Source of the DNA: Gammaproteobacteria bacterium
Lineage (GTDB): Bacteria; Pseudomonadota; Gammaproteobacteria; Pseudomonadales; Litorivicinaceae
Assembly (NCBI GenBank): GCA_002731015.1
Contig: PBZM01000004.1
Span: 2,246-46,684 of the forward strand
DNA length: 44,439 bases
Reading direction: 5' to 3'
The translations under genes were made by a program, and so were the position numbers. This document shows, piece after piece, positions 1 to 9,732 of this stretch (the first letter of the stretch is position 1; the number at the start of each line of letters is the position of its first letter). The notes below the pieces were generated by a model. It worked only from the letters and a program-made list of their open reading frames with translations, was not told where the DNA came from and ran no database searches.

Positions 1-206
1 AGATCCTTGCCTGCCATTGCGTGAACGCGGTCGACATATGCCTGCGCGTTCTCAAGGAAAATACCGCCACCCCAGGCTGCCTGCACTTTCAAAGTTGTAC
101 CACCGTGACCACCGGCGTTGACAAGTGCTGGGAAACCGAGACTGGAGGCCGCTGCTGTTGCCGTAGCTCCCTTTAGGAACGAACGGCGATCGAGTTTTTT
201 GCTCAT
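1..206 (-). CDS. TRAP transporter substrate-binding protein (DctP/TakP-like) with Tat signal; runs off the left edge
   Basis: Not in the ORF track. Manual translation from ATG at 206: MSKKLDRRSFLKGATATAAASSLGFPALVNAGGHGGTTLKVQAAWGGGIFLENAQAYVDRVHAMAGKD. It has a twin-arginine RRSFLK motif, a DctP-like N-terminus and an upstream AAGGTAG RBS. Confidence 0.8.
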   Translation of the reverse strand, partial: MSKKLDRRSFLKGATATAAASSLGFPALVNAGGHGGTTLKVQAAWGGGIFLENAQAYVDRVHAMAGKD

Positions 207-419
207 CGGACTACCTTTTTATCTATTTTTTCTTGCGCTAATCCATATCTGCCGGGGCAGTGCGCTCTGCGTTTCCATCCGTAGAACAGTAAATAGTGAT
301 GATTTCGCATCCATCTTGCAAGGTTTTTGAGAACAAAGTTTAGTATGGCACATCTCTTTGTATTGAAAGTCATTTCCAAAAAAGCCACTGTTACAGCGTT
401 CGAAATGGGAAAAACAGAG

Positions 420-1376
420 ATGAACTATCTGAGTATCACACGGATTCTTGTTGAGCCTGTGCTCAAACGCGCCCGGCGGGACTATTCCACCTGGGTGAAT
501 GAGGATGATCACATAATGTCAGGTGACGAAATAGTTGCGCGGAGCTTCGAATCCGATGCACTAATGATCTGTCACTCTGAAGTACTGTCTAAGGATATTG
601 TCTCTCAGTTATCGGATCGTCTGAAAGTCGTCGCGAATTATTCTGTTGGGGTCGATCACTGTGATCTTGGAGCCCTGAAAGAGCGAGGTATCGTCGTTAC
701 GAATACACCAGATGTGTTATCAGATGCCACGGCAGAGATTACTATTCTATTATTACTCGGAGCCTGTCGTCGGGCGTATGAGGGTGATCAGATGCTCAGA
801 ACCGGTACTTGGCTACATTGGGCACCGTCTGCAATGAACGGGATCCAACTGACCAAGAAAAAACTCGGGATTGTCGGGATGGGTCGTGTGGGTCAAACAG
901 TAGCTAGGCGCGCGCGTGGGTTCGATATGGAGATCCACTACACGAATCGAAGACGACTACCTCCAGAACTGGAGGCAGGGGCGATCTTTCATCCGACCGT
1001 TAGGGCTTTGTTCGGGGAAGTGGATATGATTTCGCTTAATTGCCCAGCCACTCCGGAGACAGATAGCTTGATCAATACTGATTCAATTGGATGGATGAAG
1101 CCCGGGGCGGTTTTCGTAAACACCGCGCGTGGAAGTCTTGTTGACGAGGCCGCACTGATCGATGCACTAAACTCAGGACAGATTGCTGCGGCGGGACTGG
1201 ATGTCTTTCAGGTTGAGCCAGGTGGAAACCCTGCATTCGCTAAATGCCCTAACTTGTTAATGTTGCCGCACCTCGGTTCGTCGACACGCGAGACCCGCAA
1301 AGCGATGGGTGATCGCGCTCTGGACAACCTCGATTCTTATTTCGCGGGTTTAGAACCAAGAGACAGGCTCGTTTAA
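420..1376 (+). CDS. D-isomer-specific 2-hydroxyacid dehydrogenase (glyoxylate/hydroxypyruvate reductase-like)
   Basis: Motifs VANYSVGVDH, TNTPDVL, GIVGMGRVG (Rossmann), NTARG, GLDVF.EP and LPHLGS. The start is probably ATG 420 or 405 rather than TTG 327. Confidence 0.9.
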   Translation: MNYLSITRILVEPVLKRARRDYSTWVNEDDHIMSGDEIVARSFESDALMICHSEVLSKDIVSQLSDRLKVVANYSVGVDHCDLGALKERGIVVTNTPDVLSDATAEITILLLLGACRRAYEGDQMLRTGTWLHWAPSAMNGIQLTKKKLGIVGMGRVGQTVARRARGFDMEIHYTNRRRLPPELEAGAIFHPTVRALFGEVDMISLNCPATPETDSLINTDSIGWMKPGAVFVNTARGSLVDEAALIDALNSGQIAAAGLDVFQVEPGGNPAFAKCPNLLMLPHLGSSTRETRKAMGDRALDNLDSYFAGLEPRDRLV

Positions 1377-1388
1377 TCATTTGCGCTC

Positions 1389-1424
1389 TTTGGTCTGACC
1401 AGTTACCCTATTGGTCAGACCACT
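1389..1424. promoter_or_regulatory. Two tandem PdhR/LldR/GlcC-type (FadR-subfamily GntR) operators
   Basis: TGGTCTGACCA (1391-1401) and TGGTCAGACCA (1412-1422) match the core of the PdhR box (AATTGGTnnnACCAATT) and lie directly upstream of the GntR gene. Confidence 0.8.
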
Positions 1425-1451
1425 TATTACGGTAGGGGCAAGGAAGCAACA

Positions 1452-2219
1452 GTGACTGGATATTTGTCGATTCCACGAGTAATTCGCGCAGCCGATGCGA
1501 TAATGGATCAAGTAGAACGACTGATCCTTGAGGGAAAAGTGCGTCCGGGTCAAAAGCTTTCCTCGGAGAGAAGTCTGGCGGAAGAATTTGACGTTTCCAG
1601 ACCGACCGTCAGAGAGGCAATCCAGAAGCTTGAGGCTCGTGGGTTAGTGCAAAGAAGGCACGGTGGTGGAACTTTCGTTACCGAGCATGTCGGATCAACT
1701 TTCGTCGACCCGATGATGACGATGATTCAGCGATCTTCGGACGGTGCGTTCGACATTTTGGAGTTGCGTTTCGCCTTAGAGAGCGTTGCAGCGTGGTTAG
1801 CGGCCGATCGCTCAAGTGACCGCGCGCGCGCGAATGTCCAGCGTCGTTATTACGAGCTACAGGCCGCCGCTCGTTCGCACGATTTACACCGCGAGGCGAG
1901 GGCTGATGCGGAGTTTCATTTGGCGGTTGCTGAGGCATCGCAGAATGGTGTGATTTTACACATCATGCGGTCCACCTTTGTTCTGCTCGAGGAATCGATT
2001 GCGAGGAATCTAGCGGAACTAAACTTGGACCGGATGAAGAAACAGGACCTAGCACTTCAGCGCGAGGCAATTTATCGAGCCATCGTGATTGATCGTGATC
2101 CGTTGGGCGCGAGGAACGCGGTCCGCCAACACATGCTAACGGTCAGCGAATCACTGGACCGTGAACGGCTAGCAGATACGAAACCACGTCGTCTAAAAGA
2201 GTTGACACAATCGGCTTAA
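1452..2219 (+). CDS. pdhR: GntR-family FadR-subfamily regulator, PdhR-like
   Basis: HTH motif LSSERSLAEEFDVSRPTVREA..L...GLV...HGGGTFV plus an FCD domain (D.EFHLAVAEASQN). First gene of the aceEF operon, with matching operators upstream. Confidence 0.75.
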   Translation: MTGYLSIPRVIRAADAIMDQVERLILEGKVRPGQKLSSERSLAEEFDVSRPTVREAIQKLEARGLVQRRHGGGTFVTEHVGSTFVDPMMTMIQRSSDGAFDILELRFALESVAAWLAADRSSDRARANVQRRYYELQAAARSHDLHREARADAEFHLAVAEASQNGVILHIMRSTFVLLEESIARNLAELNLDRMKKQDLALQREAIYRAIVIDRDPLGARNAVRQHMLTVSESLDRERLADTKPRRLKELTQSA

Positions 2220-2262
2220 TTTAGGCGACGTTGATCACCAACCAACCCGAAGAGGTGAAAAG

Positions 2263-4932
2263 ATGGCGAATACGCCAATAACAACAGACCAAGATCCGGT
2301 CGAAACAAAAGAATGGCTCGAAGCTTATGAGTCGGTACTGCAACACGAAGGGGCTGATCGTGCCGCTTTTCTGTTAAATCAATTAGTCGCACGTGCTAGT
2401 CAGGAGGGAGCCAGTCTCCCGGTCGCTATGACGACGCCTTACCGAAACACTATTCCAGTTCAGAACGAGGCTCGTATGCCCGGAGACTTGTTCATGGAGC
2501 GTCGTATTCGTAGTTTGATTCGCTGGAACGCGCTGGCAATGGTGATGCGTGCGAATAAATCTGGTGATGATCTGGGCGGTCATATTGCTACTTACCAGTC
2601 AGCCGCCACGCTTTACGAGGTTGGGTTCAATTATTTTTGGAAAGGTCCCGACCATCCGAATGGACAAGATCTGTTGTACATTCAGGGTCACGCGAGCCCG
2701 GGGATTTATGCTCGCTCATTCCTAGAGGGCCGCCTGTCTGAAAAACAACTCGATAACTTCCGTAGAGAGGTGGACGGTGGCGGCCTGTCATCCTATCCAC
2801 ACCCTTGGCTGATGCCCGATTACTGGCAGTTCCCGACAGTATCTATGGGACTGGGGCCGATCCAGTCGATCTATCAGGCCCACGTGATGAAATATCTCGT
2901 GAACCGGGGGCTATCAGATCAGCCGGATCGCAAGGTCTGGGCTTTTTTAGGAGACGGCGAGATGGATGAGCCCGAATCCCTCGGTGCAATCGGTCTCGCT
3001 GGACGCGAGCGTCTCGACAATCTAATTTTTGTAATTAACTGTAATCTCCAGCGTCTGGATGGTCCCGTGCGAGGTAACGGGAAAATTGTCCAGGAGCTCG
3101 AGGGACAGTTCCGCGGTGCGGGTTGGAACGTGATCAAGGTCCTCTGGGGCGGGCAGTGGGATCCGTTATTCGCAAGAGATCGACATGGCCTGATGCAAAA
3201 AGTGATGGATGAGGTCGTAGACGGCGAACTTCAGAACTGTAAAGCAAAGGGTGGCGCCTACACCCGCGAGAATTTTTTCGGGCAATACCCTGAGCTCGGA
3301 GAGATGGTGGCAGATCTTACCGATGACGATATCTATAGTCTGAATCGCGGCGGGCACGATCCAAAGAAGGTGTACGCAGCCTATCACGCCGCGATTAATC
3401 ATACGGGACAGCCAACGGTGATTCTGGCACAGACCGTCAAAGGCTACGGCATGGGGTCCTCCGGTGAGTCTGCAAACCCGTCTCACCAAGTTAAAAAACT
3501 CGACTTGGATAATCTGAGGCTATTCCGCGATCGGTTCGCAATCCCGATAAGTGATGACGATCTTGCGGATGTTCCATACTACGACCCGGGTACTGACAGT
3601 CCTGAAATCAAGTATTTGCAGGAACGTCGCCAGGCTCTAGGGGGTTATTTGCCATCACGTTGTGCCTACAAACAGCCCTTGGGCTGTCCGGAGCTCGAGG
3701 CATTCAAGCAGCAGACCAAGGGCACAGGTGATCGTCAAATCTCGACCACGATGGCCTTCGTTCGGATGCTGTCGACATTGGCAAAGGATAAGACCATTGG
3801 GCAACGTATTGTGCCAATCGTTCCGGATGAGGCTAGGACTTTCGGCATGGAAGGGATGTTCAAGCAGTTGGGTATTTACACAACCGAAGGCCAAAAATAC
3901 ATCCCTCACGACGTCGATCAGGTACTATCTTATCGTGAGGACAAAGCAGGCCAGATTCTCGAGGAGGGAATCAATGAGTCGGGTGCTTTCTCGGCCTGGC
4001 TCGCCTGCGCGACGTCCTACGCGAACCATGACCAACCATTGATTCCATTTTATATCTATTACTCGATGTTCGGACATCAGCGAGTGGGTGACTTGGTCTG
4101 GGCGGCTGGTGATATCCAAGCAAAAGGGTTCCTGTTGGGTGCGACCTCTGGCCGCACGACATTAAATGGCGAGGGCCTACAGCATCAGGACGGTCACAGC
4201 CATATTCTGGCCGGAATAGTTCCGAATCAGCGCTCCTATGATCCGACCTACAGTTATGAGGTCGCCGTAATCATTCAGCACGGTTTGAAGCAGATGTACG
4301 ACGAGAATCAGAGCGTTTTTTATTACATTACGTTGATGAACGAGAATTATGGTCACCCGGACATGCCTAAGGGCGCAGAAACCGGCATCATCAAGGGAAT
4401 GTATCTGCTGAAGCCGGCGAATGTGAAAATGAAGAATACCGTCCGGCTACTGGGTTCGGGGACGATCTTGAGGGAGGTTGAGGCGGCCTCTGAAATGCTT
4501 GCTGATTTTGGAGTGGCGGCCGAGGTTTATAGCGCGACTAGTTTCAACGAGCTGCGTCGTGATGGCCAGTCAGTAGCTCGTTATAACCTGCTCCATCCCG
4601 AAGAGAAAAGGGCGCGTGTTAGTCATGTCGAGGCACTGCTTGGTAGTTCGGATGCTCCCGTGGTTGCCGCGACCGATCACATTCAGTTGTATTCGGAGCA
4701 AATTCGCCCGTTCCTCGGCCAGACTACCTATATCACGTTAGGGACAGACGGTTTCGGCCGTTCGGATTCGCGAAAGAAATTACGTGAGCACTTTGAGGTG
4801 GATCGTCGATTTGTGACGATAGCCGCGCTTCGAGCGTTATCGATAGACGGTAAGATCGAACCGAAGATCGTCACTAAAGCGATCAAGGAATTCGGTATTG
4901 ACCCTGATCGTCTCGATCCGGTGATATTGTAG
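2263..4932 (+). CDS. aceE: Pyruvate dehydrogenase E1 component (homodimeric type)
   Basis: Motifs DQDPVETKEW, SSYPHPWLMP, FPTVSMGLGP, ThDP motif GDGEMDEPES..N, and TTLNGEGLQHQDG; 889 aa. Confidence 0.98.
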   Translation: MANTPITTDQDPVETKEWLEAYESVLQHEGADRAAFLLNQLVARASQEGASLPVAMTTPYRNTIPVQNEARMPGDLFMERRIRSLIRWNALAMVMRANKSGDDLGGHIATYQSAATLYEVGFNYFWKGPDHPNGQDLLYIQGHASPGIYARSFLEGRLSEKQLDNFRREVDGGGLSSYPHPWLMPDYWQFPTVSMGLGPIQSIYQAHVMKYLVNRGLSDQPDRKVWAFLGDGEMDEPESLGAIGLAGRERLDNLIFVINCNLQRLDGPVRGNGKIVQELEGQFRGAGWNVIKVLWGGQWDPLFARDRHGLMQKVMDEVVDGELQNCKAKGGAYTRENFFGQYPELGEMVADLTDDDIYSLNRGGHDPKKVYAAYHAAINHTGQPTVILAQTVKGYGMGSSGESANPSHQVKKLDLDNLRLFRDRFAIPISDDDLADVPYYDPGTDSPEIKYLQERRQALGGYLPSRCAYKQPLGCPELEAFKQQTKGTGDRQISTTMAFVRMLSTLAKDKTIGQRIVPIVPDEARTFGMEGMFKQLGIYTTEGQKYIPHDVDQVLSYREDKAGQILEEGINESGAFSAWLACATSYANHDQPLIPFYIYYSMFGHQRVGDLVWAAGDIQAKGFLLGATSGRTTLNGEGLQHQDGHSHILAGIVPNQRSYDPTYSYEVAVIIQHGLKQMYDENQSVFYYITLMNENYGHPDMPKGAETGIIKGMYLLKPANVKMKNTVRLLGSGTILREVEAASEMLADFGVAAEVYSATSFNELRRDGQSVARYNLLHPEEKRARVSHVEALLGSSDAPVVAATDHIQLYSEQIRPFLGQTTYITLGTDGFGRSDSRKKLREHFEVDRRFVTIAALRALSIDGKIEPKIVTKAIKEFGIDPDRLDPVIL

Positions 4933-4943
4933 GGAGGTATGAC

Positions 4944-6854
4944 ATGACAATGATTCGTATACCAGACATTGGTGATACCTCAAACGTGACCGTGATTGAG
5001 GTCGCAGTAGCACCGGGTGACCATGTGACTGAGGGTGATACGCTGATTATTCTTGAATCAGATAAAGCATCGATGGAGATTCCAGCGGGTGTGTCCGGTG
5101 TGGTGGGGAAAATCCACCTCTCTGAAGGTTCAGAAGTTAATGAGGGGGATCCGATTTGCGAGGTTGTGGGGGCTGAATCGGCCACCGAGGCGGTGGCTGA
5201 GGCGCCAAAAGACCCTGCTCCAAGCGAGTTGGTGGATGAACAGATTTCCGGCGCATCGCAGCTTGTCTCTGTTCCGGATACTGGCAGCGCAGATGGTGTC
5301 ACGGTTATTGAAATCTCCGTATCAGTCGGCGATAGCGTATCCGAAGGAGATATATTGATCGTCCTAGAGTCTGATAAGGCCTCCATGGAGATTCCTGCGC
5401 CAGCGTCTGGCGTAGTGTTGGCTCTGAAAGTGTCAGAAGGACAACGAGTTGTTGAAGGCGATCCGATTTGCGAGATGAGCGGCGGTGACACTCCTGCATC
5501 TGCGGAGCTTTCACAAGCGTCGGCCCACTCTGAGCCTCTAAAAAAAGCACCGGCGGAGCAGGCTGGCACTCAAACAGGCGGCGACATTGAAAAAGTTGTC
5601 GTACCTGACACCGGAAACGCCGACGGCATAACTGTGATCGAGGTGGGTATCGGTGTTGGTGACATGGTCTCGGAAGGAGACACGGTAATCGTTCTGGAAT
5701 CGGATAAAGCCTCAATGGAAATCCCATCACCAGTCGATGGTAAAGTGGTTGCGCTTTCCGTTAACGAAGGCGACTCCGTCACGCAAGGTGATCCGATTGC
5801 TGAAGTTGAAGTAACAGCTAAATCCGCGCCACAAGCTATCAGGCCTTCAGTGACGTCTGAACAGAATGCTCCCCGGCCCACAGCAGCTCCCGCTCCAATC
5901 CCCGATTCTCCCGTAGTAGCAGAGCCTACTGCATCATCGGTCGCGTCTCGCGTGCACGCTGGTCCAGCCGTCCGCGCGCTTGCCCGAGAGCTTGGTGTCA
6001 ATTTGACAAAGGTCCCACCTTCAGGACCTCGCGGACGGATCACGAAGGATGACTTGCATAACTTTGTGAAGGCGAAGCTCGAAGAAGTTGAGTCAGGCAC
6101 AGGTGTTGCCAGTGGGTCGGGTATACCCGCGATCCCGGTGGTTGATTTTGAGGACTTCGGTCCGGTAGAACGGGTTCCGATGACCAAAATTCACAGACTG
6201 ACCGCGGACAATATGACCCGTTGTTGGCTCAACGTTCCTACAGTCACCCAGTTTGATGAGGCGGATATTACTGAACTGGAAGCTTTCCGTAATTCGATGA
6301 AGGCAGAAGCCGAGAGGAGGGGGGTTAGGCTGACACCGTTACCCTTCTTGATTAAGGCTTCTGCCCATGCGCTGACTGAGCTTCCGCAAGTGAATGCCTC
6401 GATTGATCCTGTCACAGACGAGATCGTCCTAAAACAATACGTACACATCGGTATCGCGGTCGACACACCGGATGGGCTTATGGTGCCCGTAATTCGTGAT
6501 GTGGATCAAAAGGGAATCTGGGAAATTGCTGCTGAAGCTTCGGAACTGGCGGATAAGGCGAAGAGTAAGAAACTGAAGCCCGCTGAGATGCAAGGTGCAA
6601 CCTTTACAATTTCGTCGCTGGGCTCGATCGGTGGGACCGCATTCACGCCGATAGTTCCTTCGCCACAAGCGGCAATCCTCGGAATCTCCAAAGCATCGAT
6701 TCAGCCCGTTTGGGACGGCTCATCGTTCCAACCAAGGCTGATGTTGCCCTTATGTCTTTCCTATGATCACCGTGTGATTAACGGCGGAGATGGTGCGCGC
6801 TTTGCGGGAATCTTGGGTAAAGTGTTGGGTGATATTAGGCACTTAGTTTTTTAA
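4944..6854 (+). CDS. aceF: PDH E2 dihydrolipoamide acetyltransferase with three lipoyl domains
   Basis: Three LESDKASMEIP lipoyl motifs, an E3-binding segment (HAGPAVRALARELGV...GPRGRI) and the catalytic DHRVING motif. Confidence 0.97.
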   Translation: MTMIRIPDIGDTSNVTVIEVAVAPGDHVTEGDTLIILESDKASMEIPAGVSGVVGKIHLSEGSEVNEGDPICEVVGAESATEAVAEAPKDPAPSELVDEQISGASQLVSVPDTGSADGVTVIEISVSVGDSVSEGDILIVLESDKASMEIPAPASGVVLALKVSEGQRVVEGDPICEMSGGDTPASAELSQASAHSEPLKKAPAEQAGTQTGGDIEKVVVPDTGNADGITVIEVGIGVGDMVSEGDTVIVLESDKASMEIPSPVDGKVVALSVNEGDSVTQGDPIAEVEVTAKSAPQAIRPSVTSEQNAPRPTAAPAPIPDSPVVAEPTASSVASRVHAGPAVRALARELGVNLTKVPPSGPRGRITKDDLHNFVKAKLEEVESGTGVASGSGIPAIPVVDFEDFGPVERVPMTKIHRLTADNMTRCWLNVPTVTQFDEADITELEAFRNSMKAEAERRGVRLTPLPFLIKASAHALTELPQVNASIDPVTDEIVLKQYVHIGIAVDTPDGLMVPVIRDVDQKGIWEIAAEASELADKAKSKKLKPAEMQGATFTISSLGSIGGTAFTPIVPSPQAAILGISKASIQPVWDGSSFQPRLMLPLCLSYDHRVINGGDGARFAGILGKVLGDIRHLVF

Positions 6855-6882
6855 AAAGTGCCTTGGCTTGGCGGGCATTTTT
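6853..6882. terminator. Probable bidirectional intrinsic terminator between aceF and pduO
   Basis: AAAAAGTGCC...GGGCATTTTT hairpin, flanked by A and T tracts, between convergent genes. Confidence 0.65.
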
Positions 6883-7436
6883 CATTGTATTCTCGTCGAT
6901 TGCCAAAAGACTTCCTGGCCGCCATCACGTCGCGCCAGTTGGCGGGCCATCACAAATAATACGTCTGATAACCTATTGATATACCGTCTTAGATCGTCCG
7001 CAACGGCTTCCTCTTTTGCTAGAGTGACAACGGGGCGTTCTGCACGCCTCGCTACCGCTCGCGCCATGTGACAGAGACCTGCTGCCCTCGAGCCGCCTGG
7101 CAGAATGAATTCTTTAAGCGGAGGCAATGTTCCGTTCAACTGGTCGCACAAGGCCTCGAGATCTGAAACCATTTCTTTCTTGATTAGCTGAAAGCCGGGG
7201 ACGGCGAGTTCGCCACCTAAGTCAAATAACCGGTGTTGAATTTCCGTTAACGCCTCGGTCAAAGGTTCATCGATAGGCAGCTCGGCGATCAGTAAGCCGA
7301 TCCAAGAGTTGAGTTCATCAATAGTACCAACCGCTTCAATACGGGCTCTATCTTTTGCAGTCCGTGACCCGTCACCTAGGCCGGTTGTCCCATCATCGCC
7401 AGTTTTGGTGTAGAGCTTTGTAAGTCGATTACCCAT
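6882..7436 (-). CDS. pduO: ATP:cob(I)alamin adenosyltransferase, PduO type
   Basis: Motifs KLYTKTGDDGTTGL, GTIDELNS, FILPGG, RAVARRAER and YINRLSD.LF. Confidence 0.93.
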   Translation of the reverse strand: MGNRLTKLYTKTGDDGTTGLGDGSRTAKDRARIEAVGTIDELNSWIGLLIAELPIDEPLTEALTEIQHRLFDLGGELAVPGFQLIKKEMVSDLEALCDQLNGTLPPLKEFILPGGSRAAGLCHMARAVARRAERPVVTLAKEEAVADDLRRYINRLSDVLFVMARQLARRDGGQEVFWQSTRIQ

Positions 7437-8766
7437 TTATTTGATCCGCTTGAAGGGCCTTCACACGATCCCGGATTACAATTAAAAGAACTAAACCAGG
7501 TATCACAAGTATGGTTGTAAGTACGAAGAACAAGACCCAGCTGCCGGTTACATCTACGAACCAACCACTACCGCTTGCCAAAGTGGTCCGTCCAAGATTT
7601 CCGATCGAGGCAAGTAAGGCATACTGGGTTGCCGAAAAAGCTCGTCCAGTAAGTGCGGTCAAGAAACTGACGAAGGCTACGCTCGAAAATGCTGTTGTGA
7701 AGTTGTCGACGATAATAGTTGCGGCAAACAACCACTCTTTCGGGCCGGCGATTGCTATCCAAGCGAACATCAGATTACTCAGAGCCATCGCCGCTCCACC
7801 GATCAGTAGTCCCTTAACAATGCCAAGACGGACGTTAATGATTGAACCCAGGAGGGTAAATGCCACGGTGGCAAGCCATCCGAGCATCTTTGTGTATTCA
7901 GCTATCTGCTCATTTGTGAAGCCAACTTCCTTATAGAAAACGATAGACATGCGCCCCAGAAAAGCCTCGCCAATCTTAAATAAGAAGACAAACAAGAGTA
8001 TCGCGAGAGCAGTCTTGACGCCGTTTCGACGCATGAATTCAGCGAGTGGTTCCCAAACGGTCACAGTTAGCCAACGTAAAATTTCCCCGGACCTTGAGGT
8101 TCCGAATGTGACGTACCTGGATTCGAGGGCAGTCTGAAGCTTTTTCCGGTCTAATCCTGGTTCTTGAACTATTAATGTTAAACCAATCAGGCACACGATG
8201 AATCCCGCGAGGATCCAATAGACCCCAGACCAGGTCAGGGTATCTGCGTAGCGGAAAGCTACGTAGCCGGGTAGTGAATAACCTGTCCACCAGCCGATCA
8301 CCGCCATCGCTGAGGCCGCTGGCAGTTGATGTTTGGGGCTGTCAGCAAAGTGATCTATTCGGTACGCGTCAACCGCAATATCTTGGGTCGCCGACGCACT
8401 AGCGATACCTAGTGCTAGTACCGAAGTCAGCATAAGAGAGTTAGCTGGATCTACAGTCGCGATAGAGACAGTCAGAGCCAGCATGGTCAGTTGGGTACCG
8501 AGTATCCACCCTCTTCGTTGCCCCAGCACCCCAAGTATTGGGACCCTCACGCGGTCGATTAGAGGCGCCCAGAGAAAATTAATCGCGTATACGGCAAAAA
8601 TTGATCCAAAAAGACCAATAGCAGTGCGGGTCAGTCCCGCATCTTTGAGCCATCCTGACATCGCTGAGCCAATAAGAACCCAGGGGAAGCCACTGGCACA
8701 TCCCATAAGAAAAACCCAAAGCATACGTTTGTCTAGGTACGTTTTAAAAGTGTCGTTAAGTGTCAT
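7429..8766 (-). CDS. ampG: AmpG-family muropeptide MFS permease
   Basis: Motifs G.ASGFP, NFLWAPLID, GQRRGW, SATQDIAVDAYRI and FSATQYALL. Start uncertain (8766 or 8790). Confidence 0.88.
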   Translation of the reverse strand: MTLNDTFKTYLDKRMLWVFLMGCASGFPWVLIGSAMSGWLKDAGLTRTAIGLFGSIFAVYAINFLWAPLIDRVRVPILGVLGQRRGWILGTQLTMLALTVSIATVDPANSLMLTSVLALGIASASATQDIAVDAYRIDHFADSPKHQLPAASAMAVIGWWTGYSLPGYVAFRYADTLTWSGVYWILAGFIVCLIGLTLIVQEPGLDRKKLQTALESRYVTFGTSRSGEILRWLTVTVWEPLAEFMRRNGVKTALAILLFVFLFKIGEAFLGRMSIVFYKEVGFTNEQIAEYTKMLGWLATVAFTLLGSIINVRLGIVKGLLIGGAAMALSNLMFAWIAIAGPKEWLFAATIIVDNFTTAFSSVAFVSFLTALTGRAFSATQYALLASIGNLGRTTLASGSGWFVDVTGSWVLFFVLTTILVIPGLVLLIVIRDRVKALQADQING

Positions 8767-8822
8767 AATCCTCCCGGATTTCGTTCTCATTGTGTGAGGA
8801 ATGTTCCGAAAGGCAAGTTTTT

Positions 8823-9584
8823 TTACACCCGAAGACCGCCGTCGACCCCAATTACGCGTCCATTGACATAGTCATTCTCAAGAATGAATTTAACGGTTTG
8901 AGCGATCTCATTGGGATGGCCTAGACGCTGCGCAGGGATACCCGCAGCAATTTTTTCTAGCGCCTCTGGCTTCATGTTCAGAACCAACTCAGTATTGATA
9001 TAACCCGGTGCGATCGCTACACAGCGTATTCCCTGTCTTGCTAACTCTTTGGCCCAAGTAACGGCCATTGCGGCTACGCCTGCCTTGCTGGCCGTGTAAT
9101 TTGTTTGGCCCGTATTACCGTGGCGTGATATGGACGAAATGTTAATGATGCAGCCGCCATTTCCGGCCTTTACCATTTCAGTTGCAGCCGCCCGACCACA
9201 CAAGAATGTCCCCGTCAAATTCACGTCAACAACCTGTTGCCAATCCTTGAGGCTCATCCGGCTGGTAACCGTACCCTCTTTAACTTTGAGGAGCAACGCA
9301 TCCCGGGTTATACCGGCATTATTGACAACAGCATCTAGGCGACCAGTCTGCTTAGCGATTTGTGTGAAAACGTCATCGACCGCTTCCTCTTCAGAAACAT
9401 CGCACTCCCAAACGGAAACCGAGGCTCCAGCGGATTCAATCGTTTCTTTGGCTTCAGCTAGTTGATGCGGATTCATGTCGACCAGCGCGATATGAGGTTT
9501 CTTTGGCACCAAGAGAAGGGCCGTTGCCAACCCCAAGCCCTGAGCTCCGCCTGTAATTACGACCACTTTATTTTCGAGAACCAT
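8823..9584 (-). CDS. SDR oxidoreductase, FabG-like 3-oxoacyl reductase
   Basis: TGGAQGLG, NNAGITRD and the catalytic Y...K (NYTASK). Start set at ATG 9584. Confidence 0.9.
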   Translation of the reverse strand: MVLENKVVVITGGAQGLGLATALLLVPKKPHIALVDMNPHQLAEAKETIESAGASVSVWECDVSEEEAVDDVFTQIAKQTGRLDAVVNNAGITRDALLLKVKEGTVTSRMSLKDWQQVVDVNLTGTFLCGRAAATEMVKAGNGGCIINISSISRHGNTGQTNYTASKAGVAAMAVTWAKELARQGIRCVAIAPGYINTELVLNMKPEALEKIAAGIPAQRLGHPNEIAQTVKFILENDYVNGRVIGVDGGLRV

Positions 9585-9732
9585 AGTCTGTCCCTGGTGT
9601 CTGTCTGTGAGAAATCGCGTCAATAAATTGTTGCGACGCAATATCATTACATGGAGTTTGGTTGCACTGCAAAACTACTTCTCTGTTTTTGTAATCGATA
9701 AATTCGGTATCCTTTTGCGAGGAGGATTGGTT

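Noticed and set aside
345-362. Sigma54 promoter at TGGCAC
   Set aside because: The -12 element reads TTTGT, lacking the GC at the required spacing.
4944-5810. Three similar DNA segments in aceF
   Set aside because: Explained by the three lipoyl domains, which is normal for gammaproteobacterial E2.
4883-6691. Long minus-strand ORFs over aceF (similar ones lie over groEL, aceE and ampG)
   Set aside because: Antisense shadows of well-supported genes, with no motifs or RBS.
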